Origin: Eledone cirrhosa
Taxonomy: Eukaryota
Assembly (NCBI GenBank): GCA_964016885.1
Contig: OZ024756.1
Location: 10,106,001 to 10,170,000 of the forward strand
Direction: 5' to 3'
Length of the DNA stretch: 64,000 nt
Shown piece by piece: positions 1 to 11,320 of the stretch (position 1 is its first letter; each line of letters opens with the position of its first letter). The position numbers and the translations under genes are program-made. The notes under the pieces were generated by a model. That model made no database searches, was not told where the DNA came from, and saw only the letters and a program-made list of their open reading frames with translations.

Positions 1-250
1 AATAAATGAGGTCGTGTAGGTGTCACAACAAAAAAACACAGTCCACGCTGTAAGGTAACACGGTAAAAACCTCCCAGTCCACACTGTAAACGTGGTTGGT
101 GTTAGGAAGGGCATCCAGCCGTAGAAAACCCGCCAGACATTCCTATGCGAGCAAGACAACCAATCTTGCCTCAAGTGGGACAATTCCCGTCCAGACCCAT
201 GCTAGCATGGAAGATGGACGTTAAACGATGATGATGATGATGATGATGAT
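1..250 (+). mobile_element. RTE LINE 3' UTR fragment (subfamily B) with (GAT)n tail
   Basis: Matches the reverse complement of the 3' UTR of the RTE at 62644-63045; ends GGACGTTAAAC(GAT)n. Confidence 0.8.
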
Positions 251-434
251 ACACTGTATTCCTGTGTGTTCGTAAGAGGCAACTAAAGGGTTGACCTCAA
301 GAAGGCACCCAACTATAAAACATTGTCTCAAAACACATCGTCCAATCAATTGTCACTATGTTTAATTTATATACATTGTTTGGCCTTCCATTTACTTAAA
401 ATTGTTTTCTTTTTTTCTTTTGACCATATTTTAG

Positions 435-610
435 CCTCATACTATAAAGAATCAATGAATAGAATGAATGGTTCTTTGAGCAATGGTTCCCATCATTCTC
501 ATCACAGTCATTATTGTCAACACAGCCCCACTCAACAAACACCAAAGTCTTACACTGTCACAGACCTAATTGATGGCTACACTTCAGCTCCAACGTCTTC
601 AAAACCAATG
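435..610 (+). CDS. Internal coding exon A of an unidentified host gene (Ser/His-rich low-complexity C-terminal region)
   Basis: Pyrimidine tract + TTTTAG acceptor at 433-434 and ATG|GTAATT donor at 611. Open frame SYYKESMNRMNGSLSNGSHHSHH...SSKPM; phase 1 in, phase 0 out, which matches the next exon. Confidence 0.75.
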
Positions 611-759
611 GTAATTTATTGAATATATATCTATCTTATTTATCTGTCTGTCTATCAGTCCGTCTGTCTGTCTCTTCATATATATATATATGTGTCTGTC
701 TATCCATTTATCTATCTATCCTCTTTCGTTTTATATCTAACTATCTATCTCTCTATCTA

Positions 760-1470
760 TAATAATAATAATGAAATGATTGTGTAAAGTGCTCAGGTGC
801 ACTACAACTCGTCAAAGGTGTATGTATAGTACATAGAATAATACAGTAATGTCAGGGAAGTACATGTGTGTATGTGTTAGCTGTAGTGTTGGCGGATCTC
901 GGGAAGCATGGAGGCCTTAAAGGATGCAGTGTCTCGACAGCTAACAACTGATGCAGGTAGTTTGTTCCATGCTTCAGCAACTCTGAGTGTGAAAAAATGT
1001 TTCCGAAAGTCATGGGAAATGTGCTGTTTTCTTACTTTGTGGGCATGTCCACGTGTGTTAGACACGTGGAAATCAAAAAGGTACTCAGGGTTGTTGTTGG
1101 CAACATGGTTAACAATTTTGTGGGTGTTTACCAAGTCAGTTGCCAGGCGTCGGAGCTTCAATGAATCCATGCCCAGGGAAGCAAGGCGCTCAGAGTATGG
1201 TAGATGCCTGATGGAGGGTATTCGCTTGGTTGCACGTCTCTGAACAGTTTCCAGGCAGTCAATGTTCTGAGCAAGATAGGGGTTCCAGACTGGTGATGCA
1301 AAATCTAAGTGTGGCCGCACCATAGCCATGTACAGCCTTAAATAGATATCTGGAGAGCGGCTGACAAAGGTCTTGCTGAGTGATGCTAAGACACCCTCGG
1401 CCCTCTTGACAATTTTAGAGACGTGCCTCGTCCAACGCAAATCGCTGCTGACCGTAATGCCCAGGTCACG
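760..1470 (-). mobile_element. 5'-truncated CR1/L2-group LINE, 3' end of ORF2
   Basis: ORF 877-1440 has YMAMVRPHLDFASPVWNPY, LETVQRRATKRI, YSERLASLGM and FFTLRVAEAWNKLP, typical CR1-group C-terminal motifs; (ATT)n tail. Confidence 0.85.
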
Positions 1471-1683
1471 TTCACAGGAAGACTTCTTGATATTAGTGCT
1501 ATATCCACTCTCTCTTGTTTTCTATTTCTATCAATGGTAATTTTCAGACTAGCTATATATCTATACATGTATAGAAATATCTATATATCTATTGATTTAT
1601 AGAATATCTCTCTCTCTATATCTATTAATTTATAGAAATATCTATATATCTATTGATTTATAAAATAAGCTTTGTTTCTTTAA

Positions 1684-2091
1684 CCCTTTAGCATTTACAT
1701 TACTCTATATTTACTATTGTGTTTTCATGGTAAAGGCTTTACCTTACATAATATCTCATCTATGATATTTTGATATTATTTATTTTGAGGGCGGTGAATT
1801 GGCAGTATCGGTAGAGGGTTGGACGCCATGCTTTCTAGCATAGTTACGTCCCTTTACAGTCTGAGTTAAAATCCCGCCGAGGTTAACTTTGCCTTTCATC
1901 CTTACGGGGTCGATAAAATAAAGTACCAGTAATGTACTGGGTAATTGCTGGCCTTGTGCCTAAAGTAGAAACTATTATTTATTTTGAGAACAATACCTTA
2001 ACATAAGTATTGAGTGGCCATTTACAGCCAGTTTAATAAGAAAGAGGTGATAGAATTTTGGCCTGATACAGCTGGTTTAAATGCTAATGGG
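1684..2091. mobile_element. piggyBac-like MITE (TTAA TSD) interrupted by a SINE
   Basis: TTAA|CCCTTTAGCATTTA ... TAAATGCTAATGGG|TTAA. Related copies at ~6535-6734 (inverted) and ~23047-23222. Confidence 0.7.
1790..1972 (+). mobile_element. tRNA-derived SINE family 1 (Meta-domain-like core)
   Basis: A/B-box-like head, core GCCTTTCATCCTTACGGGGTCGATAAAATAAAGTACCAG, and a 16-bp TSD TATTATTTATTTTGAG at 1774-1789 and 1973-1988. Confidence 0.8.
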
Positions 2092-2096
2092 TTAAT

Positions 2097-2435
2097 GGTG
2101 GTGAATTGGCAAAGTCATTAGAACATCAGCTAGAATGTTTTCCTGCATTCCTTTCCAGCTCTGCTCTCTGGTTTCAAATAACGCCAAAGTCAACTTTGTC
2201 TTTCATCTTTTGAGGTCGATAAAAAAGTCCCAGACAAGTCCTGGCATCAATTCTACCTCTATATCTCTAACTCACTCTATCCTTCTCTAGAAGAAATCTT
2301 CTGTGCTCAAGCCTGGAGTGGAGAGGGCTCCGCCAGGTTTTAAAGATGCCCTAGAAACTCTGTACAAGACCAGAAACTTTGCCTTTCATCCATTCGAGGT
2401 CGATAAAAAAAGTACCAGTCAAGTACTGGGGTCAA
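2097..2435 (+). mobile_element. Degenerate SINE family 1 fragments
   Basis: Two decayed CTTTCATC..GGTCGATAAAAAA cores at ~2195-2235 and ~2376-2430. Confidence 0.55.
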
Positions 2436-2894
2436 TTCTTTCTCTATCTCTTGTTCACTTCTCCTCTATCACTCTATCGTTCTCTGAAAGAAATTAGCTG
2501 TGTTCAGGCATGGTGATGTGGTGGGCTCTGTCAGGTTTATAATGTCACTACAGTACCTCTACAATTCCATCAGTAGTTACAGGGTCCATCCCCCTCTCTC
2601 TGTCATCTTTCTGTCCCCCCTCTATCTCTCTCTAAAGGTGTTGACAGACATCTATAATATGTAAATGTTCATCAGTGCCTTATCTGCTACTAACTTTCAT
2701 AAATATATTCACTGTCCTAATAAAAGCAGTGGTGGAGGTAGTAGTAGTAGTTGTGGCAGTAGTAGTAGTAGTTGTGACAGTAGTAGTAGTAGTAGTTGTG
2801 GCAGCAGTGCTACATCTTTGATATGCTATAATTTGCCAGTATGTAGATAACCTTTTGAACCAAGTTTATAAATATTTTCATCAAGAAAGTGACG

Positions 2895-5800
2895 GATGTT
2901 GAAGGAATTAGTGTAAGATAGATTATAAACTAGAGAGGGAGAGTGAAGGAGGTTGAAGGAATTAGTGTAAGATAGATTATAAACTAGAGAGGGAGAGTGA
3001 AGGAGGTTGAAGGAATTAGTGTAAGATAGATTATAAACTAGAGAGAGAAATGAAGGAGGTTGAAGGAATTAGTGTAAGATAGATTATAAACTAGAGAGAG
3101 AAATGAAGGAGGTTGAAGGAATTAGTGTAAGATAGTTATAAACTAGAGAGAGAAATGAAGGAGGTTGAAGGAATTAGTGTAAGATAGTTATAAACTAGAG
3201 AGAGAAATGAAGGAGGTTGAAGGAATTAGTGTAAGATAGTTATAAACTAGAGAGAGAAATGAAGGAGGTTGAAGGAATTAGTGTAAGATAGATTATAAAC
3301 TAGAGAGAGAAATGAAGGAGGTTGAAGGAATTAGTGTAAGATAGATTATAAACTAGAGAGAGAAATGAAGGAGGTTGAAGGAATTAGTGTAAGATAGTTA
3401 TAAACTAGAGAGAGAAATGAAGGAGGTTGAAGGAATTAGTGTAAGATAGTTATAAACTAGAGAGAGAAAATGAAGGAGGTTGAAGGAATTAGTGTAAGAT
3501 AGATTATAAACTAGAGAGAGAAAGTGAAGGAGGTTGAAGGAATTAGTGTAAGATAGTTATAAACTAGAGAGAGAAAATGAAGGAGGTTGAAGGAATTAGT
3601 GTAAGATAGATTATAAACTAGAGAGAGAAAGTGAAGGAGGTTGAAGGAATTAGTGTAAGATAGATTATAAACTAGAGAGGGAGAGTGAAGGAGGTTGAAG
3701 GAATTAGTGTAAGATAGATTATAAACTAGAGAGAGAAAGTGAAGGAGGTTGAAGGAATTAGTGTAAGATAGATTATAAACTAGAGAGAGAAAGTGAAGGA
3801 GGTTGAAGGAATTAGTGTAAGATAGATTATAAACTACAGAGAGAAAATGAAGGAGGTTGAAGGAATTAGTGTAAGATAGATTATAAACTAGAGAGGGAGA
3901 GTGAAGGAGGTTGAAGGAATTAGTGTAAGATAGATTATAAACTAGAGAGAGAAATGAAGGAGGTTGAAGGAATTAGTGTAAGATAGATTATAAACTAGAG
4001 AGAGAAATGAAGGAGGTTGAAGGAATTAGTGTAAGATAGATTATAAACTACAGAGAGAAAGTGAAGGAGGTTGAAGGAATTAGTGTAAGATAGATTATAA
4101 ACTAGAGAGGGAGAGTGAAGGAGGTTGAAGGAATTAGTGTAAGATAGATTATAAACTAGAGAGAGAAATGAAGGAGGTTGAAGGAATTAGTGTAAGATAG
4201 TTATAAACTAGAGAGAGAAAGTGAAGGAGGTTGAAGGAATTAGTGTAAGATAGATTATAAACTAGAGAGAGAAAGTGAAGGAGGTTGAAGGAATTAGTGT
4301 AAGATAGATTATAAACTAGAGAGAGAAAGTGAAGGAGGTTGAAGGAATTAGTGTAAGATAGATTATAAACTAGAGAGAGAAAATGAAGGAGGTTGAAGGA
4401 ATTAGTGTAAGATAGATTATAAACTAGAGAGGGAGAGTGAAGGAGGTTGAAGGAATTAGTGTAAGATAGATTATAAACTAGAGAGAGAAAGTGAAGGAGG
4501 TTGAAGGAATTAGTGTAAGATAGATTATAAACTAGAGAGAGAAAGTGAAGGAGGTTGAAGGAATTAGTGTAAGATAGATTATAAACTAGAGAGAGAAAGT
4601 GAAGGAGGTTGAAGGAATTAGTGTAAGATAGATTATAAACTAGAGAGAGAAAATGAAGGAGGTTGAAGGAATTAGTGTAAGATAGATTATAAACTAGAGA
4701 GGGAGAGTGAAGGAGGTTGAAGGAATTAGTGTAAGATAGATTATAAACTAGAGAGAGAAAGTGAAGGAGGTTGAAGGAATTAGTGTAAGATAGATTATAA
4801 ACTACAGAGAGAAAGTGAAGGAGGTTGAAGGAATTAGTGTCAGATAGATTATAAACTAGAGAGAGAAATGAAGGAGGTTGAAGGAATTAGTGTAAGATAG
4901 ATTATAAACTAGAGAGAGAAATGAAGGAGGTTGAAGGAATTAGTGTAAGATAGATTATAAACTACAGAGAGAAAGTGAAGGAGGTTGAAGGAATTAGTGT
5001 CAGATAGATTATAAACTAGAGAGAGAAATGAAGGAGGTTGAAGGAATTAGTGTAAGATAGATTATAAACTAGAGAGAGAAATGAAGGAGGTTGAAGGAAT
5101 TAGTGTAAGATAGTTATAAACTAGAGAGAGAAATGAAGGAGGTTGAAGGAATTAGTGTAAGATAGTTATAAACTAGAGAGAGAAATGAAGGAGGTTGAAG
5201 GAATTAGTGTAAGATAGATTATAAACTAGAGAGAGAAATGAAGGAGGTTGAAGGAATTAGTGTAAGATAGATTATAAACTACAGAGAGAAAGTGAAGGAG
5301 GTTGAAGGAATTAGTGTCAGATAGATTATAAACTAGAGAGAGAAATGAAGGAGGTTGAAGGAATTAGTGTAAGATAGTTATAAACTAGAGAGAGAAATGA
5401 AGGAGGTTGAAGGAATTAGTGTAAGATAGATTATAAACTAGAGAGAGAAATGAAGGAGGTTGAAGGAATTAGTGTAAGATAGAATATAAACTAGAGAGAG
5501 AAAGTGAAGGAGGTTGAAGGAATTAGTGTAAGATAGATTATAAACTACAGAGAGAAAGTGAAGGAGGTTGAAGGAATTAGTGTCAGATAGATTATAAACT
5601 AGAGAGAGAAATGAAGGAGGTTGAAGGAATTAGTGTAAGATAGTTATAAACTAGAGAGAGAAATGAAGGAGGTTGAAGGAATTAGTGTAAGATAGTTATA
5701 AACTAGAGAGAGAAATGAAGGAGGTTGAAGGAATTAGTGTAAGATAGATTATAAACTAGAGAGAGAAATGAAGGAGGTTGAAGGAATTAGTGTAAGATAG

Positions 5801-6425
5801 ATTATAAACTACAGAGAGAAAGTGAAGGAGGTTGAAGGAATTAGTGTCAGATAGATTATAAACTAGAGAGAGAAATGAAGGAGGTTGAAGGAATTAGTGT
5901 AAGATAGATTATAAACTAGAGAGAGAAATGAAGGAGGTTGAAGGAATTAGTGTAAGATAGTTATAAACTAGAGAGAGAAATGAAGGAGGTTGAAGGAATT
6001 AGTGTAAGATAGTTATAAACTAGAGAGAGAAATGAAGGAGGTTGAAGGAATTAGTGTAAGATAGATTATAAACTAGAGAGAGAAAGTGAAGGAGGTTGAA
6101 GGAATTAGTGTCAGATAGATTATAAACTAGAGAGAGAAAGTGAAGGAGGTTGAAGGAATTAGTGTCAGATAGATTATAAACTAGAGAGAGAAAGTGAAGG
6201 AGGTTGAAGGAATTAGTGTAAGATAGATTATAAACTACAGAGAGAAAGTGAAGGAGGTTGAAGGAATTAGTGTCAGATAGATTATAAACTAGAGAGAGAA
6301 AGTGAAGGAGGTTGAAGGAATTAGTGTAAGATAGATTATAAACTAGAGAGAGAAAATGAAGGAGGTTGAAGGAATTAGTGTAAGATAGATTATAAACTAG
6401 AGAGAGAAAGAAAATGAGGTTTGAA
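2895..6425. repeat. 52-54 bp minisatellite, ~66 copies
   Basis: Unit GAAGGAGGTTGAAGGAATTAGTGTAAGATAGATTATAAACTAGAGAGAGAAA(G)T repeated in tandem, nearly invariant. Confidence 0.97.
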
Positions 6426-6534
6426 GGAAACTAGAGGCTAGCTATCCTATGTTAAAGTTCTTTAATTTGTCTCAAAATAATTTTGTCCGTCACATTGACA
6501 AATTTTTGTCATTAAACTTTTAACAGTGGAGACT

Positions 6535-6734
6535 TTTAAATCAGCCATATCCGGCCAGAATTTTCACACATCTTTCTATTCAAACCGGCTGTAACTGGCC
6601 ACTCATACTGATGTTAAAGTATTGTTCTCAAAATCTTGTAGGTTCAATATTATGCGAGATAATTATGTAAGGTAAAACCTTTACCTTGAAAATATAGTAG
6701 TAAATATAGAGTAATGTAAATGCTAAAGGGTTAA
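6535..6734 (-). mobile_element. piggyBac-like MITE copy (partial)
   Basis: Ends GTAAATGCTAAAGGG|TTAA; reverse complement of the 1684 element. Confidence 0.6.
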
Positions 6735-6916
6735 GGCATTCTTATTCCTTGAACCATTTCTCACAGGAGTGAGCCCTTTTGAATTGGTGTCCTGGGTCCC
6801 CATACCACCTCCCTACCCCCTGCTATCAGAGCAGAGTTTGTCACCTACTAGAGTGTGTCACATGAATTGAATTGGCTTCTTGTCAAACCTTTAGTTGTGG
6901 ATTAGTACTATATATA

Positions 6917-7945
6917 AACTAGCTGGCCCGTCNNNNNNNNNNNNNNNNNNNNNNNNNNNNNNNNNNNNNNNNNNNNNNNNNNNNNNNNNNNNNNNNNNNN
7001 NNNNNNNNNNNNNNNNNNNNNNNNNNNNNNNNNNNNNNNNNNNNNNNNNNNNNNNNNNNNNNNNNNNNNNNNNNNNNNNNNNNNNNNNNNNNNNNNNNNN
7101 NNNNNNNNNNNNNNNNNNNNNNNNNNNNNNNNCCTACATACATATAAAGTATAGATATGTGTGGGGTGTGTTTTGTTTTGATGTTATCCGGCAATTGGCG
7201 AAATCAGGTGTGAAAGTATGTGTATTTGTTGTGTGTAGTTATGTGTGTATGTGTATTTGTGTGTGTGTGTGTGCGAGAGACGACAGATGAAAGATATACG
7301 ACGGAAATGAACGTTATTTTTCAATCACCGCTACATTTGATCATACAGTTTATTTCAAAATTATTTTAATGCCCGATACTTGATTTAACGTCATTGGAAA
7401 AAACGGTCACTTGCTGGTCCCTCTCTCTCTCTTTCTCTTTCTCTCTCTATATATATATGTGTGTATATATTGAAGGGAGATACAGAAACTAAAACAGTGT
7501 TGTCATATAGAGATTGAAGAGTAACAGAGTAAAGCTGTTAAATTATAGAGACATACATACATACATATATATATATATATACAACCGTCAGCTTTATAAG
7601 TATAGATATGTGTGTGTGTTTGTGTATGTGTGTATGTGCATGTGTGTGTCTGTGTGTTTTGTTTTGATGTTATCCGGCAATTGGCGAAATCAGGTGTGAA
7701 AGTGTGTATGTGTATTTGCGTGTGTGTGTGTGTGTGTGTTATGCGAGCGACGACAGATGATTGAAGGGAGATACGGAAACTAAAACAGTGTTGTCATATA
7801 GAGAGTGAAGAGCGACAGAGAGAGTAAAGCAGTTAAATTATAGAGAGGGAGGGAAGAGCAACGGAGAGAGTAAAGCTAAGAAACTATAGGGAGGTGTGTA
7901 GGATACATACATTATACATACATACGACGCTCAGCTTTATAATAT
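6917..7945. mobile_element. Possible non-autonomous Helitron/Lep1-like element with internal duplications
   Basis: Begins AACTAGCTG, ends (CATA)n...CAGCTTTATAATAT; internal direct repeats (7145-7290 vs 7598-7760). Spans the assembly gap. Confidence 0.3.
6933..7132. other. Assembly gap (200 N)
   Basis: Run of N. Confidence 1.
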
Positions 7946-8149
7946 TAATATATACACACACGCAGTTTTATTTATTATGTATCAGTATTGTATTTATATA
8001 TATATATATATATAAAGCAAAAGGGATATTTAATTTGTTGGTAATTCAACAAATATATTTATAACAGATTCGAAGCACTCAACAGTTTTTTCTGGAGTAT
8101 AATATCAATGATATTAAATAAATGGAAACTATATTTATAAAACCATATT

Positions 8150-8210
8150 TATTCTATTATATATATTTCAAGGGTACCAAAACTTTGGTACGCTCTCATC
8201 AGATAAAATA
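8150..8210 (-). ncRNA. Minimal type I hammerhead ribozyme (inverted copy)
   Basis: Reverse complement of 8302-8362. Confidence 0.7.
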
Positions 8211-8301
8211 CAAAGTTTGTTTTATAAATATTGACATAGCCAGGAAAACTTGAACCGTTAAGATCTTCCTGGATATGTCAATATTTATAAAACAAACTTT
8301 G

Positions 8302-8362
8302 TATTTTATCTGATGAGAGCGTACCAAAGTTTTGGTACCCTTGAAATATATATAATAGAATA
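8302..8362 (+). ncRNA. Minimal type I hammerhead ribozyme
   Basis: Stem I UAUUUUAU/AUAGAAUA, CUGAUGA, stem II built on GUACCAAA/UUUGGUAC, GAAA, palindromic U-AUAU-A, AUA cleavage triplet (after 8354). Confidence 0.75.
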
Positions 8363-8368
8363 AATATG

Positions 8369-8811
8369 AGTATGTATATATACATACATGCACACATATA
8401 TATATGTACGTATGGATTTACCGAACATTTATTATAATGCTCGGTGTGTTTGTAAACAAACATCGCGAATTAAGCCGTACAGTGTTTAGCAAGCATCGTT
8501 GCTCTTTTGTTCAACACGACAAAGGAACGCTGTACTAGTGTCAAGCTTATTAGCTATCGTTAGCACCGTATACCTTCCTGCCAGATGATTGAACGTCTGA
8601 AAGTATATACTTTCCTTATGCATATTTACGGCTGAGCAGCCTAATTTGCATATCGAGTGAGTTAATCGGCCGGGTGCACCGAAAACGATAAACGGAAAAA
8701 ATGAAACGAAATTTCATTTCCCACTCTTAGTACGGCTGTTACTTAAATAAGTATGTATACGTACATACATATATGTATACAGACGTACAGTAGTATGTAT
8801 ATACATACATG

Positions 8812-8882
<71 letters not shown>

Positions 8883-8945
8883 GTATGGATTTACCGAACA
8901 TTTATTATAATGTTCGGTTTGTTTGTAAACAAACATCCCGAATTA
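8369..8945 (-). mobile_element. Retrozyme-like repeat family 2 (~470-bp unit, 1.2 copies) with decayed hammerhead and octamer
   Basis: Direct repeat 8408/8881; hammerhead remnant 8527-8569; ATTTGCAT at 8644-8651; AATAAATATG duplicated on both sides; homologous to 35445-36060. Confidence 0.55.
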
Positions 8946-9206
8946 AATAAATATGGTTTTATAAATATAGTTTCCATTTATTTAATATCATTGATATATA
9001 TATATATATATATAAATGAAAGGTATAGAAAACATTGTAGCAAAAACCAACAGTATTCCATAATATATAAGTGACTATAGCGTCAAAATGGGGAAAATAG
9101 TTAACGTATATATATATATATATATTGAAAGAGTGAAGAATAACATGGTCGGTTGTACAAAAAGGGTTTTATTTACAGTATTAACAATTGTTTCATTGAT
9201 TAGTAC

Positions 9207-9277
<71 letters not shown>

Positions 9278-9284
<7 letters not shown>

Positions 9285-10770
9285 TCCACAACAAATTAGC
9301 AAACCATACTTGAGGACGTGCATTTCACCCAACGAAAGTGTATATGAGCTGACTGGTCTTTGCACATGGACGTCAATAAGGGAGGCAACTCAAGTTAAAC
9401 TGCTGAAAGGGAGACAATTGAGTTTATTCTGGGTAAAATTAGTCGGGGTTCTTGTAGTTATATAACATGTACTTAGCGGTGTGAGGGCAGCGTAATCTCT
9501 GTAAGATATTTATTTGTTGATCTAACTTCTGCTTCATAGACTATTGCGTGCGTGTTACACTGTTGTTGAAGAGGCATGTTGTCTTCTGACTGAGCTCTTG
9601 GGGTTAGTGCTGATGTGGGCTTTCATATTTTTAGCACAGGAATAACCGAGTTTCACCTTGTGTCTATTGAAGATATGTCTATATTTTTGACCTCTATGGA
9701 AGTGTTTATCTAGGAGTACTAACAGTTTCTTGTTGACATTGTTTCTAACACTGAGCAAGAAGGGTAGAACCAAATTATTCTTTTTATTTCTACTTCTTTT
9801 TCTACTGGTAGCAGGATTAGGAGTAAGACATTTTATCAGAGAAGCTGTTGTAGTAAGGTGACGCTCTGTCAAAAATGGTCTTGTTAGAAGAAAAATTAGA
9901 AATACTAGTACTGATATTTTTTATGAGGTTTTTGAAAACTGTAGGTGGGTGGTATGAGTCTTTGTGTATATAGGTTAACTTTTCATTAAGTTTGTGGAAA
10001 GGTCTGCGTGTGTGAAGGTCTAAATTAATGTCTAGATAATGTACGTTAGTCAGGTTTGTGGCTACAGTGATCATAAGTCTTAACTCACTAAAGCAGCTAA
10101 TAGAGCTCACTCTCACCTGGATGCTCTTGCAGAAGGCCAGAAACATACCCACAGTAGACTATGGGGCTTATATTAAATATACTTGACCAAACCAACAACA
10201 GGAAGTCAAAAATGAGGGTATAGTAGAGGGCTGGTTTAAAGGACACTTCCTTAACCATCAGATGACCTTTAGACACTTGGATAAGCGGTCATCCACAAAG
10301 CTGGCAAGCCACATATGGACACTCACAGATGCACGCGTCGATTACTCCAGTTAATGGAAAGTTCTGACCAAATCTAGGCTATAAGGAAATGGGAATTTGT
10401 CTTGTGTATCAATGAACAAACAAATATCTTGCACATATTACATAATAGCACTTGTCTCGATACAAGAGCTGATTTGTTTAATCATTGCCCCTATGCCACA
10501 AAGTACATGTTACGTAACTACGAGGACCCAGAACGAACTCAATCGTCTCCCTCAACAGTCTAACTTGAATTGTCTCCCTTGTCGACGCCCATATGTAAAG
10601 ATATACACTTCCGTTCTCAGCACAACCTCCTCAGTTGAGAATCCGTTGGGTGAAACGCGCGTCCTCGAGATTGGTTTGCTAATATGTTGTAGAATTAAAC
10701 TTTAGACCGAACTTTTCCTATGGACTGAGTGCTCAACTTACTACGCATATAACCTCCCAGTATTTTACCA
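9278..10770. mobile_element. Decayed Penelope-like element with inverted segment
   Basis: Minus strand has YLDINLDL...FHKLNEKLTYIHKDSYHPP and LLDKHF..YRHIFNRHKVKLGYSC (PLE RT/linker). Plus strand 10150-10520 has GIY-YIG remnants. Inverted terminal segments at 9278-9335 and 10640-10700 include a decayed hammerhead (10630-10669). Confidence 0.7.
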
Positions 10771-10787
10771 CTATATATATATATATG

Positions 10788-10922
10788 ATGGAGGCACATG
10801 GCTTAGTGGTTAGAGCATTGGCCTTGCAATCGAAAGGTTGTGTGTTCAATTCTCAGAGAATTGAACTCACAACCTTTCAATTGCAAGGCCAATACTCTAA
10901 CCACTAAGCCATGTGCCTCCAT
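10788..10922. repeat. Hairpin of two inverted SINE (family 2) tRNA-like heads
   Basis: ATGGAGGCACATGGCTTAGTGGTTAGAGC...TTCAATTCTC followed by its near-perfect reverse complement; flanked by (TA)n. Confidence 0.85.
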
Positions 10923-11064
10923 ATATATACATATATATATATATAAATATTTAGCGGACGTAAAATGATGATGATGGTGATATATATATATTTATTTATT
11001 TATGTATTTATTTATCTATCTATATATATACATATCTGTAACATTTCTACATCTATATATTTAG

Positions 11065-11185
11065 TATCCTGGTCATATTGGCAACCATGTACATGAAGAT
11101 ATGTTCAACCATTCTGTGGGAGATTCTAACTGCAATAACATAGATCAGTCTAAAAGTCCACAGTCTATGCAAGTTAAACATTCAG
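11065..11185 (+). CDS. Coding exon B of the same gene
   Basis: TTTAG acceptor and TCAG|GTAAG donor. Reads YPGHIGNHVHEDMFNHSVGDSNCNNIDQSKSPQSMQVKHS with no stop; phase 0 in, phase 1 out. Confidence 0.75.
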
Positions 11186-11320
11186 GTAAGCCTTACTCAA
11201 CAGCAGACTCCTTCGTTCTCTCTTGCCTTTCTTTCTTATTTTAAATCATGCTACAAAGACTGAAAGAATCAGCCTTTGTTTTTTTTTTTTGTAGGGGTGT
11301 GGTAAATCTATCGGCATTAT

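Larger units (their letters stand above)
8015..8995. mobile_element. Penelope-type pseudo-LTR foldback interrupted by a retrozyme-like insert
   Basis: Inverted arms 8144-8246 and 8266-8368 (continuing at 8946-8995); homologous to the terminal repeats of the Penelope-like element at 50990-53705. Confidence 0.65.

Noticed and set aside
2895-6425. CRISPR-like array
   Set aside because: No unique spacers and eukaryotic context; it is a simple tandem repeat. The same applies to the other arrays.
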